A stretch of 64,000 nt of DNA from Gammaproteobacteria bacterium (lineage in GTDB: Bacteria; Pseudomonadota; Gammaproteobacteria; Steroidobacterales; Foliamicaceae). Shown piece after piece: positions 57,809 through 64,000 of this stretch (positions are counted from its first letter, which is position 1; every line of letters starts with the position of its first letter). The stretch spans positions 22,039 through 86,038 of the forward strand of contig JAPOWV010000021.1 in the NCBI GenBank assembly GCA_026707445.1. The letters run 5' to 3'. Both the position numbers and the translations under genes were made by a program. The notes beneath the pieces were generated by a model. That model saw only the letters and a list, made by a program, of their open reading frames with translations, was not told the DNA's origin and made no database searches.

Positions 57809-59398
57809 CTAACGCGCCATCAGCACGACGATCCGTCCCGGCCCGTCCGCGGCAGGATGCTGGATATAGACATCGTCCTTGCCGTCCCCGTCGAGATCGG
57901 CAATCCTTGCGTTGCGTTCGTCGGAGGACATTGGCGCCGTCACGCTGATCGCCCTCGCCGCGACCGGCTCGCTTCCCGCCACGCCCAGAAACACGTTCAG
58001 CTCGTCCCAGCGTTCGCCGATCAAAAGGTCGCAACGGCCGTCGCCGTCAACATCGCCCGTGAGGATGGTCGGAAACATCGGCCCCCGCTTGTCCAGCGGC
58101 GAGAAAGGGCTGCGCACGTTTCGCGTCCAGTCGGGTTCCGCGCCGTGTTCCCCGTTCCGGATCCGGTAGAACGCCAGATCGATGGAAACCGAGTTGCCCA
58201 CCATGGCGCCGAACATGTTGCCGAGGCCGATGTCGACGGCGCCGATGGCCGCGTCGTTCACGCCGTCGCCATCGAAGTCGAAGAAACGCTGTGACGCATA
58301 GCCCCAGGGCTGCAGACCGCCGGCTTTCCCCGGCGAATCGAACGAGGCGTCGGCAACGGCCGGGAAGCTCGCGCCGTTCGGTCCGGGACGGCCGAAATGA
58401 ACGTTGTAGCGGCCGCGCAGCCGGAACGGGCTGCGCCCCTCCAGCGTCAGCGTGACCAGGTCGGCCACGGCGTCGCCGTTGAGATCATGGAATCCCTGCA
58501 GGATCGTGTGCCGCGTTTGCGGTCCGAACCCGAGCAGCATCGACGGCACGCTCGCGTCGCCGAACTGGAAGGCGAGTCCGTACGAGCCGTCGAAATCGAA
58601 CTCGACATCGGTCGTGAAGGCGCCCGGCGCATCGCCGAACCCGCCCGACTCGTCCTGCCGGTAGGCCAGAAACCGGTCCCCATCCCAGAAAACAAGGTCC
58701 CGGCGCCCGTCAAGGTCGAAATCGAAGTGATGGACACGGCTCAGGTACCAGGACAGGTTCTCGGCCGTGATACCGACTTGTGCGTAGGTGCGCTTGTCGC
58801 CATAGGCCTTCGCGTTCGCGAAGGGATCGCCGGGCCCCAGCTTTTTCACCGGGCCGAAGGAGCCGTCCTCCGACTGCAGAGCGAGCCGGAAGCCGTCGGT
58901 GTCGGGCGCCAGCAGGTCGTCCAGCCCATCGCCGTTCAGGTCGCGCGCAATGTCGAGATGCGGTATGCCGTCCTCGCCGGAGGCGCGGTAGGGGATCCAC
59001 AGGTCAATGAATGGGCGCTGCTGGCCCGACTCCGGATCAATCCACTCGACGCGTCCCCGCCGATAGGCAATGAGACGGTCCCGCCCCGCAGTCCGGGCGA
59101 TGTCCACGAACCGAACGGCCGGGTCAAGCTCTCCTTCAAGGGTCGTTATCCAGTCCCCGCTTTCCAGTGCGATCAGCCGTATATGGCCGGACCGCGCCGG
59201 ATCCATGCCGATCACGGCAAGCTGGGCTCGCCCGGAACCGTCGAAATTTCCCGTGAGCACGGTCTGGTGCAGCGCCGCCGGCGTGCCGATCTCGTGCGTT
59301 TCGAACAGCGCGCTGTCCTGTTGCGCCGTCAGGGTTGAAGTGCATCCGGCGAGGGCAAGGGCAAGGGCCGGGGCGGCAGCAATCCGGTGCGTAATCAT
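57809..59398 (-). CDS. FG-GAP/VCBS repeat lipoprotein (Ca-binding beta-propeller)
   Basis: Lipobox LAGC; repeats DLNGDGLDDLL, DFDLDGRRDL, DLNGDAVADL, DFDGDGVND, DVDGDGRCDLL, DLDGDGKDDV; GGAGG RBS. Confidence 0.85.
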   Translation of the reverse strand: MITHRIAAAPALALALAGCTSTLTAQQDSALFETHEIGTPAALHQTVLTGNFDGSGRAQLAVIGMDPARSGHIRLIALESGDWITTLEGELDPAVRFVDIARTAGRDRLIAYRRGRVEWIDPESGQQRPFIDLWIPYRASGEDGIPHLDIARDLNGDGLDDLLAPDTDGFRLALQSEDGSFGPVKKLGPGDPFANAKAYGDKRTYAQVGITAENLSWYLSRVHHFDFDLDGRRDLVFWDGDRFLAYRQDESGGFGDAPGAFTTDVEFDFDGSYGLAFQFGDASVPSMLLGFGPQTRHTILQGFHDLNGDAVADLVTLTLEGRSPFRLRGRYNVHFGRPGPNGASFPAVADASFDSPGKAGGLQPWGYASQRFFDFDGDGVNDAAIGAVDIGLGNMFGAMVGNSVSIDLAFYRIRNGEHGAEPDWTRNVRSPFSPLDKRGPMFPTILTGDVDGDGRCDLLIGERWDELNVFLGVAGSEPVAARAISVTAPMSSDERNARIADLDGDGKDDVYIQHPAADGPGRIVVLMAR

Positions 59399-59446
59399 GG
59401 GTGGCCTCCGTTTGGGTATCGTTTGCCGAAAACTAACCGTGAAGTC

Positions 59447-59508
59447 CACTATATGCAACCAAAACAGCAAATGTGTCATACTATTTGCCCAGGAAGTTTC
59501 ATATAGTG
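59447..59508. promoter_or_regulatory. Concentric inverted repeats in divergent promoter (XRE operator candidate)
   Basis: CACTATATGCAAC / GTTTCATATAGTG (12/13) and inner GCAAAT / ATTTGC share centre 59477.5. Confidence 0.6.
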
Positions 59509-59515
59509 ATACCTT

Positions 59516-60268
59516 ATGGTTCAATCCAAGCGACTTGTCAATGCACTGAAGGAGACCCTGAAGTCCCGGGACATCACGTACGCCGAGGTTGCCGAGCACC
59601 TCGGCCTGTCCCTGAGCAGCGTCAAGAGGCAGTTCTCCACCCAGCGGTTCTCGCTGCACAGGCTCGAGCAGGTGTGCGACCTGGCGGGCATCGATCTACT
59701 GGAGCTGGCCCGCCTTGCGGAAGAAAGACGCCTGCGCGTCGCTGCATTGACGGAGGACCAGGAGCGGCAACTCGTAAGCGACCCCGCGCTGCTGCTCACC
59801 ACCGTATGCGTGCTCAATCGCTGGACCTTCGAAAGGATTGTCGAGCGCTACGGGTTCCCGTCGGTGCAGTTGACCAATCTGCTGGTGCGCCTCGATCGCA
59901 TCGGCCTGATCGAACTGTTGCCGGCAAAACGCATCCGGCTGCGCGTCGCGCGCAACTTTGCCTGGCTGCCCGGTGGGCCGATACACCGTTATTTCGTGGA
60001 CCGCGTGCAGGGTGAATTCCTCTCCGGCGAGTTCGATCCCGACCGCGACCTGCACCGCTTTTCCTGGGGCATGCTGTCGGACCCGTCGGCTGCGCAACTG
60101 CGCGGAAAGATCGCCGAGGTCATGGACGCGTTCGACGATCTGACCCGACGCGACGAGGTGCGCGCCGACGCCGCGGCGGCGGGGACCTGCTTTCTGGTTG
60201 CGCTGCGCCGCTGGGAACCGACCGCGTTTCAGTCGTTACGGCACTCGAACCTTGCCGATGACCGATAA
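59516..60268 (+). CDS. XRE-family HTH transcriptional regulator
   Basis: LKETLKSRDITYAEVAEHLGLSLSSVKRQFS...SLHRLEQVC; LDRIGLIELLP, W.PGGPI. Confidence 0.9.
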   Translation: MVQSKRLVNALKETLKSRDITYAEVAEHLGLSLSSVKRQFSTQRFSLHRLEQVCDLAGIDLLELARLAEERRLRVAALTEDQERQLVSDPALLLTTVCVLNRWTFERIVERYGFPSVQLTNLLVRLDRIGLIELLPAKRIRLRVARNFAWLPGGPIHRYFVDRVQGEFLSGEFDPDRDLHRFSWGMLSDPSAAQLRGKIAEVMDAFDDLTRRDEVRADAAAAGTCFLVALRRWEPTAFQSLRHSNLADDR

Positions 60269-60302
60269 TCCGCCCGGAACCATTCGGGAGGAGGAAACCG
60301 CC

Positions 60303-61895
60303 TTGAGCACCATGCTGAGTCGATGCGCCCTTGCCGCCCTGGCATGCGGCGCGCTGGTGGCCGGCTGCGGGCAGCAGCCGCAATCCGAAAGCACGGCGCA
60401 ACCGCCGCAGTCGTTTGCGCAGGTAGCGACCGTTCAGGGCGAGGTCCGGGGAACCGCCGGAGACGGGCTGGTGCAATTCAAGGGCATTCCGTATGCGGCG
60501 CCGCCCGTCGGCGATCTGCGCTGGCGTGCGCCTCAGCCGGCGCTGCCTCGGGAAGCGGTCCTCGTCGCCGACCAGTACGGCAACCGGTGCATTCAGCGGC
60601 CGCGAACCGAAGGCTTTGCCATGACGGACGCCTTCACCCAGCCTGAGAGCGAGGACTGCCTCTATCTGAACGTCTATCGTCCGGACAACGAGGATGCGCA
60701 ACTGCCGGTAATGGTCTGGATCCCGGGTGGCGGGCTGACGGCCGGTTCGGGCTCTCGTCCGGTCAACCATGGCGGCAACCTGGCCAGGCTCGGCGTCGTC
60801 GTGGTGGCCATCAACTATCGTCTCGGGAGTTTCGGATTCTTTGCGCACCCGGAGCTGTCGGCGCAGGACCCCGATGGCGGACGGCTGTTCAACTACGGGC
60901 TCATGGACCAGATCGCCGCGCTCGAATGGGTGAGGGACAACATCGGGGCGTTCGGCGGGGACCCGGAAAACGTAACGATCTTCGGCGAATCGGCCGGCGG
61001 CTACTCGGTCTATGCCCTGGCCGCGTCGCCCGCGGCCCGGGGACTGTTTGCGAAAGGCATTTCACAGTCCGGTTACGGCCGCAGGGGGCAGCCGCGCGTC
61101 GCTTCGCTGGCGGACGGGGGCGAGGCGCCCATCGAAGAGAAGGGCGCAAAACTGGCGGAACGGCTGGGCACGCCCGAGGCAAGCCTCGACGAACTGAGGG
61201 CGCAGCCGGCGAAGAAGATCGTCGAGGCCACCGACTTCAGCACCTTCATCGCCCTGGCCACCGACGGCGTGGTCGTTGTCGATGATCTGTGGCCCGTCTA
61301 CGACCGCGGCGATGCGGCGAGAGTGCCTCTGATGATCGGCGCCACCGACTCCGAGTTCGCGATGGGTCCGTCGGAGGGGCAGCGTGCACAGCTGCTCCGC
61401 TTCATGAGCGAGGACGTGATCGACGCGATGACGCCTTTCTACGGCAACGAAACGCAGCGCGATACCTATATGTACAGCGATTACGTGTTTCACGCGCAAA
61501 ACCGCGGCGTTGCCGTGGCGCACGAGAAAGCCGGCAATGTCGTCTACGCCTACCGATTCGCGATGCCGGGCGTGGACGTAGAACGGCGCGAACTCAACGG
61601 CGAGACGATCTACGGCGCCTATCACGCGGGCGACCTGCCGTACGTGTTCGGCAATTTCACCGGCGATCACTTCGATCCGACCGAACCGGACGAAACGCAG
61701 CGCGCTGTTTCCGATCAGATGATGCGCTACTGGACCAATTTCGCGCGCTGCGGCGATCCCAACGGCGAGGGCCTGCCGCAATGGCCGTTGGCGGAATACG
61801 AAAACACGATGTACTTCGCGCCCGACGGCGTTCAGTCGCGGAAGGACACCTGGCTTGCTCGCCTCGACGCGCTGAACGAGCTTGTGGGCTTGTGA
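60303..61895 (+). CDS. Type-B carboxylesterase, lipoprotein
   Basis: Lipobox LVAGC; FKGIPYAAPPVGDLRW, EDCLYLNV, FGESAGG, AYHAGDLPYVF; start TTG 60303 or ATG 60312. Confidence 0.92.
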   Translation: MSTMLSRCALAALACGALVAGCGQQPQSESTAQPPQSFAQVATVQGEVRGTAGDGLVQFKGIPYAAPPVGDLRWRAPQPALPREAVLVADQYGNRCIQRPRTEGFAMTDAFTQPESEDCLYLNVYRPDNEDAQLPVMVWIPGGGLTAGSGSRPVNHGGNLARLGVVVVAINYRLGSFGFFAHPELSAQDPDGGRLFNYGLMDQIAALEWVRDNIGAFGGDPENVTIFGESAGGYSVYALAASPAARGLFAKGISQSGYGRRGQPRVASLADGGEAPIEEKGAKLAERLGTPEASLDELRAQPAKKIVEATDFSTFIALATDGVVVVDDLWPVYDRGDAARVPLMIGATDSEFAMGPSEGQRAQLLRFMSEDVIDAMTPFYGNETQRDTYMYSDYVFHAQNRGVAVAHEKAGNVVYAYRFAMPGVDVERRELNGETIYGAYHAGDLPYVFGNFTGDHFDPTEPDETQRAVSDQMMRYWTNFARCGDPNGEGLPQWPLAEYENTMYFAPDGVQSRKDTWLARLDALNELVGL

Positions 61896-61903
61896 CGGGC
61901 GCG

Positions 61904-63154
61904 CTATAGATCGGCGCCGGCTTTCAGGGGCGCACGACGCCGTCTCGGCATCCAGCCTCCGTCGGCCCATTTCATCGCGGCGAGGGCCCCAAAGCCGAAC
62001 ACCACGTAGGCCGCGATCAGCGCGTACAGCGTGCCGTCGAAGATGTAGGCCACAAACGCGCCCAGCGGTACCGAAACCAGCGTGGATAGCGAGGCGACCA
62101 CCGCCGCGCCCACGCCGGCGATATGCCCCAGGGGCTGCATGGCCAGCGCCCCCAGATTGCCGAACAGCAGGCCAACGCAGACGAACACGAACAGCAGGTA
62201 GGCCATGAACAGCCAGAATGGGAGTACTCCATCGAAGGCGAAGGTCAGACCCAGGCCGACGACCGACCCGATCGTGGCCAGGGACATGGCACCCCGGGAC
62301 AGCTTTCGCATCCCGTACTGCATCACCAGGCGGCCGTTGACGAACGTTGCGACCCCCACCGCCAGCGCCAGCACGCCGAAATAGAAGGGAAACAGCGCGC
62401 CGGTGTCGTAAACGTCCTGGAAGATCTGCTGCGACGCGCTCAGGTAGGCCAGGAACGGCGCGAACACGCATCCGCTGGCCAGCGTGTATCCCAGCGCGAT
62501 CCGGATCTTGACGACTTCCACCGCCGTCCTGCCGATCGCCCGCGGGGATAGCGACCGCCGGCGTTCCGAGGGCAGCGTTTCGGGCTGGCGAATCGCGAAC
62601 CAGAGAAAGCCGACCGCGGCGACGGCAAAGAACACGGCGAATATTGCGCGCCAGCCGCTGAGAAACTGGATCCATTGGCCCAGCGCCGGGGCGATTGTCG
62701 GCACGATGATGAATACTCCCATCGCGAACGACATGATGCGCGCCATCTGACGGCCCGCGTACTGGTCGCGCACCAGCGCCATGATCACCACCCGCGGCGC
62801 CGAAACGCCGATCCCCTGCAGCACGCGCCCCGCGATCATCACCTCGAAACTGCGCGCGTAAATGCTCATCAGGCACCCGGCCATGAACAGCACGAGGCCG
62901 GCATGGATGGCCGGTTTGCGTCCGATGCGGTCGGAAAGCGGACCGAAAACGATCTGGCCCATGCTCATGCCCAGGAACACCGCGGTGATGACGAACTGCA
63001 CATCGTTGCGATGCACGACCCCGAGGTCCTCGCCGATCGCCGGCAGCGCCGGCAGCATCGCGTCGATCGCCAGCGCGACCAGCGAAATCAGCAGCGCGAT
63101 GAGCGGCACGAACTCGCCCGTACGCAGGGCAGGGGTGGCGGCAGGCTGGCTCAT
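61904..63154 (-). CDS. Bcr/CflA family MFS drug efflux transporter
   Basis: LAIDAMLPALP, FGPLSDRIGRKP, GRVLQG, VRDQY, GWRAIF, PETL; start ATG 63154. Confidence 0.92.
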   Translation of the reverse strand: MSQPAATPALRTGEFVPLIALLISLVALAIDAMLPALPAIGEDLGVVHRNDVQFVITAVFLGMSMGQIVFGPLSDRIGRKPAIHAGLVLFMAGCLMSIYARSFEVMIAGRVLQGIGVSAPRVVIMALVRDQYAGRQMARIMSFAMGVFIIVPTIAPALGQWIQFLSGWRAIFAVFFAVAAVGFLWFAIRQPETLPSERRRSLSPRAIGRTAVEVVKIRIALGYTLASGCVFAPFLAYLSASQQIFQDVYDTGALFPFYFGVLALAVGVATFVNGRLVMQYGMRKLSRGAMSLATIGSVVGLGLTFAFDGVLPFWLFMAYLLFVFVCVGLLFGNLGALAMQPLGHIAGVGAAVVASLSTLVSVPLGAFVAYIFDGTLYALIAAYVVFGFGALAAMKWADGGWMPRRRRAPLKAGADL

Positions 63155-63284
63155 TCTTCCTCTTGGGGGGCAGGCTCCTGGCTCGACGGAATCAGCTCGA
63201 GCCCTGGCGCGAACTGGAACGATGGGATTGGTGGAATTGTAAGTGCTTGGCGTACCTATGGCGGGAATTGTTCGCTTCGACTGA

Positions 63285-64000
63285 TTACCGCGGCGGCACA
63301 TCTCTTTTCGGTAGCCGCTCGGCCAGCGCGTCGCGTACGCTCGCGAAGCCGGCCTTACCAATCAGGTTGTTCCATTCATGAGGATCGGCGTCGAGGTCGT
63401 AGAGTTCTTCGGATCTGTCGGAATAACGAGTGTAGCGATAGCGCTTGCTCCTGATACTGTGGTTTCGAAAGCCGCTTGTCGTGATCGCCGTGGAATCCCA
63501 TGCCGCGGCGGGATCCCGGAGCAGCGGCAAAAGGCTCTTTCCTTCCACATGCCCGGGAACCGTAAGACCCGCAAGTTCGGCCAGGGTCGGATAGATATCC
63601 ATCAGCGACACGGGCTGGGAACTCCTTGACCCCGGAACCGTGACTCCCGGGGCGACGATGATCAGGGGCACTCGCGTCGACTCCCCCCAAAGGGTGTACT
63701 TACGCCAACGCTGCTTCTCTCCCAGATGGAAGCCGTGGTCCGAGAACAGGACAACAATCGTCTCGTCGCCGCGGCCGCTGGCGTCCAGTGCGTCCAGGAT
63801 TCGGCCCACCTGCGCGTCCGCGTAGCTCACGCTGGCCAGGTAGGCCTGAACGCCCTGGCGCCACTTGTCCTGCGAAACGATCCAGCGGTGCAGCGCCATC
63901 GGCGGTCTGTCGGTTATCTCCAGATACGGCATCGTGGCGATCTCGGGCACGTCGTCGAGATCGCCCGCCAGCGTGTCGGGCAGCTCTATCGCCTCCAGCG
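63285..64000 (-). CDS. Sulfatase (iduronate/choline-sulfatase-like), 5' end beyond the window
   Basis: YLASVSYADAQVGRILDAL, FSDHGFHLGEK, K.TLW.ESTRVPL, DIYPTL, EELYDL..DPHEW.NL. Confidence 0.9.
   Translation of the reverse strand, partial: LEAIELPDTLAGDLDDVPEIATMPYLEITDRPPMALHRWIVSQDKWRQGVQAYLASVSYADAQVGRILDALDASGRGDETIVVLFSDHGFHLGEKQRWRKYTLWGESTRVPLIIVAPGVTVPGSRSSQPVSLMDIYPTLAELAGLTVPGHVEGKSLLPLLRDPAAAWDSTAITTSGFRNHSIRSKRYRYTRYSDRSEELYDLDADPHEWNNLIGKAGFASVRDALAERLPKRDVPPR

Noticed and set aside
53455-58034. Apparent long N-terminal extensions or fusions of opp genes in the ORF track
   Set aside because: Upstream in-frame read-through overlapping neighbouring genes; real starts are the internal ATGs with 4-bp overlaps
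59391-59401. GTAATCATGGG also present in the 142-bp repeat
   Set aside because: An 11-bp match around a start codon with no flanking similarity; likely chance
63180-63202. GGCTCGA/TCGAGCC hairpin upstream of the MFS gene
   Set aside because: Short stem without U-tract; no support as terminator or riboswitch
1-64000. rRNA, tRNA, riboswitch, CRISPR or phage-defence systems other than the TA pair
   Set aside because: None recognised by eye; intergenic gaps are short. A covariance-model scan would be needed to exclude small RNAs

Overview
High-GC, gene-dense window of a Gram-negative bacterium (TonB-dependent receptor, lipoproteins, Tat substrates; probably a proteobacterium, inferred from gene style only). 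About 53 real CDS sit among many antisense shadow ORFs. I saw no rRNA, tRNA, CRISPR array, integrase or transposase. Two catabolic programmes are interleaved. (1) Glycan/sugar use: GH116, GH29, GH3, two sulfatases, two carboxylesterases, a DUF1080 protein, a ThuA-cupin fusion, a TonB receptor, a scattered sugar ABC transporter, xylB-xylA, and an apparently complete non-phosphorylative L-fucose (diketo-hydrolase) pathway. (2) An unassigned small-molecule system, possibly for an N-heterocycle: three Asp/Glu-racemase/maleate-isomerase-like paralogues (two lacking both catalytic Cys), an ectoine-hydrolase/creatinase-like M24 enzyme, an M20 amidohydrolase, aminotransferases, HpaB-, LLM- and Rieske-type oxygenases, a flavin reductase-NUDIX-like fusion and a MerR-XRE-cupin regulator. 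The clearest unexplained sequence structure is a ~142-bp, ~92% identical direct repeat (6136-6277 / 8975-9116). It gives two unrelated enzymes the same upstream region and twin-arginine signal peptide, and it also supplies the GH116 stop codon. Also seen: shared palindromic operator candidates, a 15-bp motif at three convergent gene junctions, and a FitA/VapC toxin-antitoxin insertion that splits the fucose genes. All product calls come from motif recognition by eye, not from database searches.
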